Source of the DNA: Azolla caroliniana
Lineage: Eukaryota > Plantae > Polypodiophyta
Length of the DNA stretch: 64,000 nt
Direction of reading: 5' to 3'
NCBI GenBank assembly: GCA_043228905.1
Contig: JBHGNT010000013.1
Coordinates: forward strand, 1-64,000
Part shown: positions 1-13,584 of the stretch, piece after piece
Numbering within the stretch: the stretch's first letter is position 1
How the letters are laid out: every line of letters starts with the position of its first letter
Notes under the pieces: model-generated
What the model saw: the letters and a program-made list of their open reading frames with translations, nothing else
What the model was told of the DNA's origin: nothing
The model's database searches: none
Made by a program: the position numbers and the translations under genes

Positions 1-556
1 AGCAAATTTGAGGAGGGAGTTTAGAAGAGCTAGTAGGTAAATTAAAATGTTTATACCTGGCTCATTGATATCGGATTTTTGTGTTCAAACATGCGAATCG
101 AAACTAACTACGCTAGCTCTGATATGGAATTAGAAAATTAAGATTTTGAAACTCAGGTCGAGAGACATGAAGAAATTAGCAAATTCGAGGAGGGAGTTTA
201 GAAGAGCTAGTAGGTAAATTAAAATGTTCATACCTGGCTCGTGTGATATCGGATTTCTGTGTTCAAACATTCGAATCGAAGCTAACAACGCTAGCTCTGA
301 TATGGAATTAGAAAATCAAGATTTTGAAACTCAGGTCGAGAGACATGAAGAAATTAGCAAATTCGAGGAGGGAGTTTAGAAGAGCTAGTAGGTAAATTAA
401 AATGTTCATACCTGGCTCGTGTGATATCGGATTTCTCTGTTCAAACATGCGAATCGATGCTAACAAATCTAGCTCTAATATTAAATAAAAAAATCAACAT
501 TTTGAAACTCAGGTCGAGAGACATGAACAAATTACCAAATTTAAGGAGGGAGTTTT
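1..556 (-). repeat. 178-bp satellite, inverted block (about 3 monomers, runs off the window edge)
   Basis: Reverse complement of the main monomer, e.g. GTGATATCGGATT and TTTTGAAACTCAGGTCGAGAGACATGA, recurring about every 178 bp. Confidence 0.97.
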
Positions 557-572
557 GAAAAGCGGTTTTTAG

Positions 573-3500
573 GGTATGAACATTTTAATTTACCTACTAG
601 CTCTTCTAAACTCCCTCCTCAAATTTGCTAATTTCTTCACGTCTCTCGACCTGAGTTTCAAAATCTTAATTTTTTAATTCCATATCAGAGCTATCGTAGT
701 TAGTTTCGATTCGCATGTTTGAACACAAAAATCCGATATTACACGAGCCAGGTATGAACATTTTAATTTACGTACTAGCTCTTCTAAACTCCCTCCTCAA
801 ATTTGCTAATTTCTTCATGTCTCTCGACCTGAGTTTCAAAATCTTGATTTTTAAATTCGATATCATAGGAAGCGTTGTTAGCTTCGGTTCGCATGTTTGA
901 ACACAGATATCCGATATCACACGAGGCAGGTATGAACATTTTAATTTACTTACACGCTCTTCTAAACTCCCTCCTTAAATTTGCTAATTTCTTCATGTCT
1001 CTCGACCTCAGTTTTAAAATCATGATTTTTTAATTTAATATTAGAGCTAGATTTTTTAGCATCGATTCGCATGTTTGAATACAGAAATCCGAAATCACAC
1101 GAGCCAGGTATGAACATTTTAATTTACCTACTAGCTCTTCTAAACTCCCTCCTCGAATTTGCTAATTTTTTCATGTCTCTCGACCTGAGTTTCAAAATCT
1201 TAATTTTCTAATTCCATATCAGAGCTAGCGTAGTTAGTTTCGATTCGCATGTTTGAACACAAAAATCCGATATCACACGAGCCAGGTATGAACATTTTAA
1301 TTAACCTACTAGCTCTTCTAAACTCCCTCCTCAAATTTGCTAATTTCTTCATGTCTCTCGACCTGAGTTTCAAAATCTTGATTTTTAAATTCGATATCAT
1401 AGGAAGCGTTGTTAGCTTCGGTTCGCATGTTTGAACACAGATATCCGATATCACACGAGGCAGGTATGAACATTTTAATTTACTTACACGCTCTTCTAAA
1501 CTCCCTCCTTAAATTTGCTAATTTCTTCATGTCTCTCGACCTCAGTTTTAAAATCATGATTTTTTAATTTAATATTAGAGCTAGATTTTTTAGCATCGAT
1601 TCGCATGTTTGAATACAGAAATCCGAAATCACACGAGCCAGGTATGAACATTTTAATTTACCTACTAGCTCTTCTAAACTCCCTCCTCGAATTTGCTAAT
1701 TTTTTCATGTCTCTCGACCTGAGTTTCAAAATCTTAATTTTCTAATTCCATATCAGAGCTAGCGTAGTTAGTTTCGATTCGCATGTTTGAACACAAAAAT
1801 CCGATATCACACGAGCCAGGTATGAACATTTTAATTAACCTACTAGCTCATCTAAACTCCCTCCTCAAATTTGCTAATTTCTTCATGTCTCTCGACCTGA
1901 GTTTCAAAATCTTGATTTTTTAATTCCATATCAGAGCTAGCGTAGTTAGCTTCAATTTGCATGTTTGAACACAGATATCCGATATCACACGAGCCAGGTA
2001 TGAACATTTTAATTTACCTACTAGCTCTTCTAAACTCCCTCCTTAAATTTGCTAATTTCTTCATGTCTCTCGACCTGAGTTTCAAAATCTTGATTTTTTA
2101 ATTCCATATCAAAGCTAGCGTAGTTAGTTTCGATTCGCATGTTTGAACACAGAAATCCGATATCACACGAGCCAGGTATGAACATTTTAATTTACTAACA
2201 CGCTCTTCTCCACTTCCTCCTTAAATTTGCTAATTTCTTCATGTCTCTCGACCTGAGTTTCAAAATCTTGATTTTCTAATTCCATATCAGAGCTAGCGTT
2301 GTTAGCTTCGATTCGCATGTTTGAACACAGAAATCGGATATCACACGAGCCAGGTATGAACATTTTAATTTACCTACTAGCTCTTCTAAACTGCCTCCTT
2401 AAATTTGCTAATTTGTTCATGTCTCTCGACCTGAGTTTCAAAATGTTGATTTTTTCATTTAATATCAGAGCTAGATTTGTTAGCATCGATTCGCATGATT
2501 GAACACAGAAATCCGATATCACGCGAGCCAGGTATGAACATTTTAATTTACCTACTAGCTCTTCTAAACTCCCTCCTCGAATTTGCTAATTTCTTCATGT
2601 CTCTCGACCTGAGTTTCAAAATCTTAATTTTCTAATTCCATATCAGAGCTAGCGTAGTTAGTTTCGATTCACATGTTTGAACACAAAAATCCGATATCAC
2701 ACGAGCCAGGTATGAACATTTTAATTTACCTACTAGCTCTTCTAAACTCCCTCCTTAAATTTGCTAATTTCTTCATGTCTCTCGACCTAAGTTTCAAAAT
2801 CTTGATTTTTAAATTCGATATGATAGGAAGCGTTGTTAGCTTCGATTCGCATGTTTGAACACAGAAATCCGATATCACACGAGCCAGGTATGAACATTTT
2901 AATTTACTTACACGCTCTTCTAAACTCCCTCCTTAAATTTGCTAATTTCTTCATGTCTCTCGACCTCAGTTTTAAAATCATGATTTTTTAATTTAATATT
3001 AGAGCTAGATTTTTTAGCATCGATTCGCATGTTTGAACACAGAAATCCGAAATCACACGAGCCAGGTATGAACATTTTAATTTACCTACTAGCTCTTCTA
3101 AACTCCCTCCTCGAATTTGCTAATTTCTTCATGTCTCTCGACCTAAGTTTCAAAATCTTAATTTTCTAATTCCATATCAAAGTTAGCGTAGTTAGTTTCG
3201 ATTCGCATGTTTGAACACAAAAATCCGATATCACACGAGCCAGGTATGAACATTTTAATTTACCTACTAGCTCTTCTAAACTCCCTCCTTAAATTTGCTA
3301 ATTTCTTCACGTCTCTCGACCTGAGTTTCAAAATCTTATTTTTCTAATTCCATATCAGAGCTAGCGTAATTAGTTTCGATTCGCATGTTTGAACACAAAA
3401 ATCCGATATCACACGAGCCAGGTATGAACATTTTAATTTACGTACTAGCTCTTCTAAACTCCCTCCTCAAATTTGCTAATTTCTTCATGTCTCTCGACCT

Positions 3501-6432
3501 GAGTTTCAAAATCTTGATTTTTAAATTCGATATCATAGGAAGCGTTGTTAGGTTCGATTCGCATGTTTGAACACAGAAATCCTATATCACACGAGCCAGG
3601 TATGAACATTTTAATTTACCTACTAGCTCTTGTAAAGTCCCTCCTCAAATTTGCTAATTTATTTATGTCTCTCGACCTGTGTTTCAAAATCTTTATTTTT
3701 TAAATCTATATCAGAGCTAGCGTTGTTAGCTTCAATTCGTTTGTTTGAACACAGAAATCCGATATCACACGAGCCAGGTATGAACATTTTAATTTACCTA
3801 CTAGCTCTTCTAAACTCCCTCCTTAAATTTGCTAACTTGTTCATCTCTCTCGATCTGAGTTAGCTTGATTTTTTAATTACATATCAGAGCTAGCGTTGTT
3901 AGCTTCGATTCGTATGTTTGAACGAAGATATCCGATATAACACGAGCCAGCTATGAACATTTTAATTTACATACTAGATCTTCTAAACTCCCTCCTTAAA
4001 TTTGCTAATATCGTCATGTCTCTCGACCTGAGTTTCAAAATCTTGATTTTCTAATTCCATATAAGAGCTAGCGTTGTTAGCTTCGATTCACATGTTTGAA
4101 CACAGAAATCCGATATCACACGAGCCAGGTATGAACATTTTAATTTACTAACGGGCTCTTCTCAACTACCTCCTCAAATTTGCTAATATCGTCATGTCTC
4201 TCGACCTGAGTTTTAAAATCTTAATTTTCTAATTCCATATCAGAGCTAGCGTAGTTAGCTTCGATTCGCATGTTTGAACACAGAAATCCGATATCACACG
4301 AGCCAGGTATGAACATTTTAATTTACCTACTAGCTCTTCTAAACTCCCTCCTTAAATTTGCTAATTTCTTCATGTCTCTCGACCTGAGTTTCAAAATCTT
4401 GATTTTGTAATTCCATATCAAAACTAGCGTTGTTAGCTTCGATTCGCATGTTTGAACACAAAAATCCGATATCACACGAGCCAGGTATGAACATTTTAAT
4501 TTACCTACTAGCTCTTCTAAACTCCCTCCTTAAATTTGCTAATTTCTTCATGTCTCTCGACCTGAGTTTCAAAATCTTGATTTTTAAAGTCGATATCATA
4601 GGAAGCGTTGTTAGCTTCGATTCGCATGTTTGAACACAGAAATCCGATATCACACGAGCCAGGTATGAACATTTTAATTTACTACCACGCTCTTCTAAAC
4701 TCCCTCCTTAAATTTGGTAATTTGTTCATGTCTCTCGACCTGAGTTTCAAAATGTTGATTTTTTTATTTAATATTAGAGCTAGATTTGTTAGCATCGATT
4801 CGCATGTTTGAACAGAGAAATCCGATATCACACGAGCCAGGTATGAACATTTTAATTTACCTACTAGCTCTTCTAAACTCCCTCCTCGAATTTGCTAATT
4901 TCTTCATGTCTCTCGACCTGAGTTTCAAAATCTTGATTTTCTAATTCCATATCAGAGCTAGCGTTGTTAGCTTCGATTCGAATGTTTGAACACAGAAATC
5001 CGATATCACACGAGCCAGGTATGAACATTTTAATTTACCTACTAGCTCTTCTAAACTCCCTCCTCGAATTTGCTAATTTCTTCATGTCTCTCGACCTGAG
5101 TTTCAAAATCTTAATTTTCTAATTCCATATCTGAGCTAGCGTAGTTAGTTTCGATTCGCATGTTTGAACACAAAAATCCGATATCACACGAGCCAGGTAT
5201 GAACATTTTAATTTACCTACTAGCTCTTCTAAACTCCCTCCTTAAATTTGCTAATTTATTCATGTCTCTCGACCTGAGCTTTAAAATCTTGATTTGTAAA
5301 TTGGATATCATAGCAAGAGTTGTTAGCTTTGAATCGCATATTTGAACACAAAAATCCGATATCACACGAGCCAGGTATGAACATTTTAATTTACCTACTA
5401 GCTCTTCTAAACTCCCTCCTCAAATTTGCTAATTTCTTCATATCTCTCGACCTGAGTTTCAAAATCTTGTTTTTTTAATTTAATATACGAGCTAGAGTTG
5501 TTAGCATCGATTCGCATGTTTGAACACAGAAATCCGATATCACACGAGCCAGGTATGAACATTTTAATTTACCTACTAGCTCTTCTCCACTTCCTCCTTA
5601 AATTTGCTAATATCGTCATGTCTCTCGACCTGAGTTTCAAAATTTTGAATTTCTAATTCCATATCAGAGCTAGCGTTGTTAGCTTCGATTCGCATGTTTG
5701 AACACAGATATCCGATATCACACGAGCCAGGTATGAACATTTTAATTTACCCTAAACTCCCTCCTCAAATTTGCTAATTTCTTCATGTCTCTCGACCTGA
5801 GTTTCAAAATCTTGATTTTTTAATTCGATATCATAGGAAGCGTTGTTAGCATCGATTCGCATGTTTGAACACAGAAATCCGATATCACACTAGCCAGGTA
5901 TGAACATTTTAATTTACCTACTACCTCTTCTAAACTCCCTCCTTAAATATGCTAATTTCTTCATGTCTCTCGACCTGAGTTTCAAAATCTTGATTCTTTA
6001 ATTCCATATCAGAGCTAGCGTAGTTAGCTTCGATTCGCATGTTTGAACACAGATATCCGATATCACACGAGCCAGGTATGAACATTTTAATTTACTAACA
6101 CGCTCTTCTAAACTCCCTCCTTAAATTTGCTAATTTCTTCATGTCTCTCGACCTCAGTTTTAAAATCTTGACTTTTTAATTTAATATCAGAGCTAGCTTT
6201 TTTAGCATCGATTCGCATGTTTGAACACAGAAATCCGATATCACACGAGCCAGGTATGAACATTTTAATTTACCTACTAGCTCTTCTAAACTCCCTCCTC
6301 AAATTTGCTAATATCGTCATGTCTCTCGACCTGAGTTTCAAAATCTTGATTTTCTAATTCCATATCAGAGCTAGCGTTGTTAGCTTCGATTCGCATGTTT
6401 GAACACAGAAATCCGATATCACACGAGCCAGG
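573..6432 (+). repeat. 178-bp tandem satellite array, left part
   Basis: Monomer GGTATGAACATTTTAATTTACCTACTAGCTCTTCTAAACTCCCTCC...ATCCGATATCACACGAGCCA. Repeated ORF starts at 715, 1249, 2673 and 3385 differ by multiples of 178. Confidence 0.98.
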
Positions 6433-7182
6433 TGTGAAAGTGTTTTTAGAATCTAAGCCATTGAACATTAGGAGAATATAAAGTATAGATAATTCACCTT
6501 TTGAGGATAAGAACACGAACTAAGACCTTAGGGAAGAAGTCAAAAGTAAAAATACGAGACCAAGAGAAAAGTAAAAAGAGAAAACGCAGACTATAAAAAA
6601 CAGTAAAAATAGAATGGTCATAACTCCCTCGTTGTTTATCCAAATATCACGTTTAAATATGGATTAGAAAGCTTGTAAAAAGAGCTTTCTATAGCTTTTT
6701 AAATCGCTTAATTTGGATATCGGATGAGGGAGATATGACGATTAGAAGGTCGATGTGTCATAGCTAAAAATAGGGAGATAAAAAGCTTCTAAAAATAGCA
6801 TGAACGTGGATAAGAAGAGAAAGGTTATAAAAGAAGAAGTGATATTAGTGAAGAGTGAAGGCGAAGAGTGAAGGCCAAAGAGTGGATGAGGAGTGTTAGG
6901 AAGAAGTGTCTTTGTGTAAGAGGAAGTGTCTTAGAAGAGGAAGGTCTTTGGTTTTAGTTCAATGTGGAGTTTGTCTCCTTTGTATTCTCTTGATGTTGGA
7001 ATATCAGAACATTCTTATTTCTTGCTCGCTTTCTCTATCTTTTTTCTTAGTTTCTTGAGTTATACTCTCTAATCATAATTACCTAGAGCTATATAATATA
7101 TTATGATTTTCGACTCCATCTAATCGGTTTGGTCAAGCCCTCATATAGTGTATAACTATCTATTATCTTATACACCCTATCA
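6433..7182. mobile_element. Solo LTR (750 bp) inserted in the satellite
   Basis: TG...CA termini; 5-bp TSD CCAGG at 6428-6432 and 7183-7187; the satellite resumes in register; non-coding. Confidence 0.9.
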
Positions 7183-10100
7183 CCAGGTATGAACATTTTA
7201 ATTTACCTACTAGCTCTTGTAAAGTCCCTCCTCAAATTTGCTAATTTTTTTATTTCACTCGACCTGAGTTTCAAAATCTTCATTTTTAAATTCTATATCA
7301 GAGCTAGCGTTGTTAGCTTCGATTCGCATGTTTGAACACAAAAATCCGATATCACACGAACCAGTTATGAACATTTTAATTTACCTACTAGCTCTTCTAA
7401 ACTCCCTCCTTAAATTTGCTAATTTCCTCATGTCTCTCGACCTTAGTTTCAAAATCTTGATTTTTTAATTCCATATCAGAGCTAGCGTAGTTAGCTTCGA
7501 TTCGCATGTTTGAACACAGATATCCGATATCACACGAGCCAGGTATGAACATTTTAATTTCCTAACACGCTCTTCTAAACTCCCTCCTCAAATTTGCTAA
7601 TTTCTTCATGTCTCACGACCTCAGTTTTAAAATCTTGATTTTTTAATTTAATCTCAGAGCTAGAGTTGTTAGCATCGATTCGCATGTTTGAACACAGAAA
7701 TCCGATATCACAGGAGCCAGGTATGAACATTTTAATTTACCTACTAGCTCTTCTAAACTCCCTCCTTAAATTTGCTAATTTCTTCATGTCTCTCGACCTC
7801 AGTTTTAAAATCTTGATTTTTTAATTTAATATCAGAGCTAGAGTTGTTAGCATCGATTCGCATGTTTGAACATAGAAATCCGATATCATACGAGCCTGGT
7901 ATAAACATTTTAATTTACCTACTAGCTCTTCTAAACTCCCTCCTCAAATTTGCTAATTTCTTCATGTCTCTTGACCTGAGTTTCAAAATCTTGATTTTTT
8001 AATTTAATATTAGAGCTAGAGTTGTTAGCATCGATTCGCATGTTTGAACACAGAAATCCGATATCACACGAGCCAGGTATGAACATTTTAATTTACCTAC
8101 TAGCTCTTCTAAACTCCCTCTTTAAATTTGCTAATTTCTTCATGTCTCTCGACCTGAGTTTCAAAAGCTTGATTTTTTCATTCCATATCAGAGCTAACAT
8201 AGTTAGCTCGGATTCGCATGTTTGAACACAAAAATCCGATATCACACGAGCCAGGTATGCACATTTTAATTTACCTACTAGCTCTTCTAAACTCCCTCCT
8301 CAAATTTGCTAATATCGTCATGTCTCTCGACCTGAGTTTCAAAATCTTGATTTTTTAATTAAATATGAGAGCTAGATTTTTTATCATCGATTCGCATGAT
8401 TGAACACAGAAATCCGATATCACACGAGCCAGGTATGAACATTTTAATTTACCTACTAGCTCTTCTAAACTCCCTCCTTAAATTTGCTAATTTCTTCATG
8501 TCTCTCGACCTGAGTTTCAAAATCTTGATTTTTTAATTCCATATCAAAGCTAGCATAGTTAGCTTCGATTCGCATGTTTGAACACAGATATCCGATATCA
8601 CACGAGCCAGGTATGAACATTTTAATTTACCTACTAGCTCTTCTAAACTCCCTCCTTAAATTTGCTAATTTCTTCATGTCTCTCGATCTGAGTTTCAAAA
8701 TCTTGATTTTTTAATCACATATCAGAGCTAGAGTTGTTAGCTTCGATTCGCATGTTTCAACGAAGATATCCGATATAACACGAGCCAGGTATGAACATTT
8801 TAATTTACCTACTAGCTCTTCTCCACTTCCTGCTTAAATTTGCTAATATATTCATGTCTCTCGACCTGAGTTTCAAAATCTTGATTTTTTCATTCCATAT
8901 CAGAGCTAGCATAATTAGCTTCGATTCGCATGTTTGAACACAAAAATCCGATATCACACGAGCCAGGTATGCACATTTTAATTTACCTACTAGCTCTTCT
9001 AAACTCCCTCCTCAAATTTGCTAATTTCTTCATGTCTCTCGACCTGAGTTTCAAAATCTTGATTTTTTAATTTAATATGAGAGCTAGAGTTTTTAGCATC
9101 GATTCGCATGATTGAACACAGAAATCCGATATCACATGAGCCAGGTATGAACATTTTAATTTACCTACTAGCTCTTCTAAACTCCCTCCTTAAATTTGCT
9201 AATATTGTCATGTCTCTCGAGCTGAGTTTCAAAATCTTGATTTTCTAATTCCATATCAGAGCTAGCGTTGTTAGCTTCGATTCGCATGTTTGAACACAGA
9301 AATCGGATATCACACGATGCAGGAATGAACATTTTAATTTACCTACTAGCTCTTGTAAAGTCCCTCCTCAAATTTGCTAATTTTTTTATTTCACTAGACC
9401 TGAGTTTCAAAATCTTGATTGTTTAATTCTATATCAGAGCTAGCGTTGTTAGCTTCGATTCGCTTGTTTGAACACAGAAATCCGATATCACACGAGCCAG
9501 GTATGAACATTTTAATTTACTAACGGGCTCTTCTCAACTACCTCCTCAAATTTGCTAATATCGTCATGTCTCTCGACCTGAGTTTTAAAATCTTAATTTT
9601 CTAATTCCATATCAGAGCTAGCGTAGTTAGCTTCGATTCGCATGTTTGAACACAAAAATCCGATATCACACGAGCCAGGTATAAACATTTTAATTTACCT
9701 ACTAGCTGTACTAAACTCCCTCCTCAAATTTGCTAATTTCTTCATTTCTCTCGACCTCAGTTTTAAAATCTTGATTTTTTAATTTAATATCAGAGCTAGA
9801 GTTATTAGCTTCGATTCGCATGTTTGAACAGAGAAATCCGATATCACACGAGCCAGGTATGAACATTTTAATTTACCTACTAGCTCTTGTAAAGTCCCTC
9901 CTCAAATTTGCTAATTTCTTCATGTCTCTCGACCTGAGTTTCAAAATCTTGATTTTCTAATTCCATATCAGAGCTAGCGTTGTTAGCTTCGATTCGCATG
10001 TTTGAACACAGAAATCGGATATCACACGAGCCAGGTATGAACATTTTAATTTACCTACTAGCTCTTGTAAAGTCCCTCCTCAAATTTGCTAATTTTTTTA

Positions 10101-13100
10101 TTTCACTCGACCTGAGTTTCAAAATCTTCATTGTTTAATTCTATATCAGAGCTAGCGTTGTTAGCTTCGATTCGCTTGTTTGAACATAGAAATCCGATAT
10201 CACACGAGCCAGGTACGGACATTTTAATTTACCTACTAGCTCTTCTAAACTCCCTCCTTAAATTTGCTAATTTCTTCATGTCTCTCGATCTGAGTTTCAA
10301 AATCTTGATTTTTTAATCACATATCAGAGCTAGAGTTGTTAGCTTCGATTCGCATGTTTCAACGAAGATATCCGATATAACACGAGCCAGGTATGAACAT
10401 TTTAATTTACCTACTAGCTCTTCTCCACTTCCTGCTTAAATTTGCTAATATATTCATGTCTCTCGACCTGAGTTTCAAAATCTTGATTTTTTCATTCCAT
10501 ATCAGAGCTAGCATAATTAGCTTCGATTCGCATGTTTGAACACAAAAATCCGATATCACACGAGCCAGGTATGCACATTTTAATTTACCTACTACCTCTT
10601 CTAAACTCCCTCCTTAAATTTGCTAATTTCTTCATGTCTCTCGACCTGAGTTTTAAAATCTTAATTTTCTAATTCCATATCAGAGCTAGCGTAGTTAGCT
10701 TCGATTCGCATGTTTGAACACAAAAATCCGATATCACACGAGCCAGGTATGAACATTTTAATTTACCTACTAGCTGTACTAAACTCCCTCCTCAAATTTG
10801 CTAATTTCTTCATTTCTCTCGACCTCAGTTTTAAAATCTTGATTTTTTAATTTAATATCAGAGCTAGAGTTATTAGCTTCGATTCGCATGTTTGAACAGA
10901 GAAATCCGATATCACACATGCCAGGTATGAACATTTTAATTTACCTACTAGCTCTTGTAAAGTCCCTCCTCAAATTTGCTAATATCGTCATGTCTCTCGA
11001 CCTGAGTTTTAAAATCTTAATTTTCTAATTCCATATCAGAGCTAGCGTAGTTAGCTTCGATTCGCATGTTTGAACACAAAAATCCGATATCACACGAGCC
11101 AGGTATGAACATTTTAATTTACCTACTAGCTGTACTAAACTCCCTCCTCAAATTTGCTAATTTCTTCATTTCTCTCGACCTCAGTTTTAAAATCTTGATT
11201 TTTTAATTTAATATCAGAGCTAGAGTTATTAGCTTCGATTCGCATGTTTGAACAGAGAAATCCGATATCACACGAGCCAGGTATGAACATTTTAATTTAC
11301 CTACTAGCTCTTGTAAAGTCCCTCCTCAAATTTGCTAATTTCTTCATGTCTCTCGACCTGAGTTTCAAAATCTTGATTTTCTAATTCCATATCAGAGCTA
11401 GCGTTGTTAGCTTCGATTCGCATGTTTGAACACAGAAATCGGATATCACACGAGCCAGGTATGAACATTTTAATTTACCTACTAGCTCTTGTAAAGTCCC
11501 TCCTCAAATTTGCTAATTTTTTTATTTCACTCGACCTGAGTTTCAAAATCTTGATTGTTTAATTCTATATCAGAGCTAGCGTTGTTAGCTTCGATTCGCT
11601 TGTTTGAACATAGAAATCCGATATCACACGAGCCAGGTACGGACATTTTAATTTACCTACTAGCTCTTCTAAACTCCCTCCTTAAATTTGCTAATTTGTT
11701 CATGTCTCTCGATCTGAGTTTTAAAATCTTGATTTTTTAATTACATAGTAGAGCTAGCATTGTTAGCTTCGATTCGCATGTTTGAACGAAGATATCCGAT
11801 ATAACACGAGCCAGGTATGAACATTTTCATTTACCTACTAGCTCTTCTAAACTCCCTCCATCAATTTGCTAATATCGTCATGTCTCTCGACCTGAGTTTC
11901 AAAATCTTGATTTTCTAATTCCATATCAGAGCTAGCGTTGTTAGCTTCGATTCGCATGTTTGAACACAGAAGTCCGATATCACACGAGCCAGGTATGAAC
12001 ATTTTAATTTACCTACTACCTCTTCTAAACTCCCTCCTTAAATTTGCTAATTTCTTCATGTCTCTCGACCTGAGTTTTAAAATCTTAATTTTCTAATTCC
12101 ATATCAGAGCTAGCGTAGTTAGCTTCGATTCGCATGTTTGAACACAAAAATCCGATATCACACGAGCCAGGTATGAACATTTTAATTTACCTACTAGCTG
12201 TACTAAACTCCCTCCTCAAATTTGCTAATTTCTTCATTTCTCTCGACCTCAGTTTTAAAATCTTGATTTTTTAATTTAATATCAGAGCTAGAGTTATTAG
12301 CTTCGATTCGCATGTTTGAACAGAGAAATCCGATATCACACATGCCAGGTATGAACATTTTAATTTACCTACTAGCTCTTGTAAAGTCCCTCCTCAAATT
12401 TGCTAATTTCTTCATGTCTCTCGACCTGAGTTTCAAAATCTTGATTTTCTAATTCCATATTAGAGCTAGCGTTGTTAGCTTCGATTCGCATGTTTGAACA
12501 CAGAAATCGGATATCACACGAGCCAGATATGAACATTTTAATTTACCTACTAGCTCTTGTAAAGTCCCTCCTCAAATTTGCTAATTTTTTTATTTCACTC
12601 GACCTGAGTTTCAAAATCTTGATTGTTTAATTCTATATCAGAGCTACCGTTGTTAGCTTCGATTCGCTTGTTTGAACATAGAAATCCGATATCACACGAG
12701 CCAGGTACGGACATTTTAATTTACCTACTAGCTCTTCTAAACTCCCTCCTTAAATTTGCTAATTTGTTCATGTCTCTCGATCTGAGTTTTAAAATCTTGA
12801 TTTTTTAATTACATATTAGAGCTAGCATTGTTAGCTTCGATTCGCATGTTTGAACGAAGATATCCGATATAACACGAGCCAGGTATGAACATTTTAATTT
12901 ACCTACTAGCTCTTCTAAACTCCCTCCATCAATTTGCTAATATCGTCATGTCTCTCGACCTGAGTTTCAAAATCTTGATTTTTTAATTCCATATCAGAGC
13001 TAGCGTAGTTAGCTTCGATTCGAATGTTTGAACACAGATATCCGATATCACACGAGCCAGGTATGAACATTTTAATTTACTAACACGCTCTTCTAAACTC

Positions 13101-13281
13101 CCTCCTTAAATTTGCTAATTTCTTCATGTCTCTCGAGCTCAATTTTAAAATCTTGATTTTTTAATTTAATATCAGAGCTAGAGTTGTTAGCATCGATTCG
13201 CATGTTTGAACACAGAAATCCGATATCACACGAGCCAGGTATGAACATTTTAATTTACCTACTAGCTCTTCTAAACTCCCT
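7183..13281 (+). repeat. 178-bp tandem satellite array, right part, with higher-order repeats
   Basis: Same monomer. The variant monomer with GGTACGGAC recurs at offsets of 1424 (8 x 178) and 1068 (6 x 178). Confidence 0.98.
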
Positions 13282-13321
13282 CCCTAAACCCCCAAACCCT
13301 AAACTCTAAACCCTAAACCCT
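13282..13321 (+). repeat. Interstitial degenerate plant telomeric repeats (CCCTAAA, about 5.5 units)
   Basis: CCCTAAA CCCCCAAA CCCTAAA CTCTAAA CCCTAAA CCCT between the satellite and gypsy element C. Confidence 0.85.
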
Positions 13322-13584
13322 CTCACGCTCAGCCATGAGAGCGCTGAAAGTTAGGAGGTTGATTTCTTTATTATGTAGAAAACCTTCTATTTCCTTCTTT
13401 TTGTGGCCTAGGGTTCATTGGTCAGTGAGCCATCGTGGTGCCGCGTGTTCTTGGTCTAGAAGTGTGTGCATGCCTTAAGTCTTTTTAATAGCATTGCTAT
13501 CTTCTCTTTTCTTTTTCTTTTCTTTATCTCTTCTTTTTCTTTTTCTTTTCTTTCGTAACGGTTACAATCAAGCCTATTTTTACA

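Noticed and set aside
6363-6371. TATCAGAGC in the monomer resembling the tRNA-iMet PBS
   Set aside because: Only 9 nt, lacks TGG and an adjacent LTR end.
715-12808. Repeated 61-84 aa ORFs (MFEHKNP...)
   Set aside because: Artefacts of the 178-bp monomer; variants freely introduce stops.
573-13281. CRISPR-like periodicity
   Set aside because: No unique spacers or cas genes; whole monomers repeat; eukaryotic context.
13555-13566. GTTACA as the start of a 3' LTR of C
   Set aside because: Flanking sequence does not match LTR 18861-19309.
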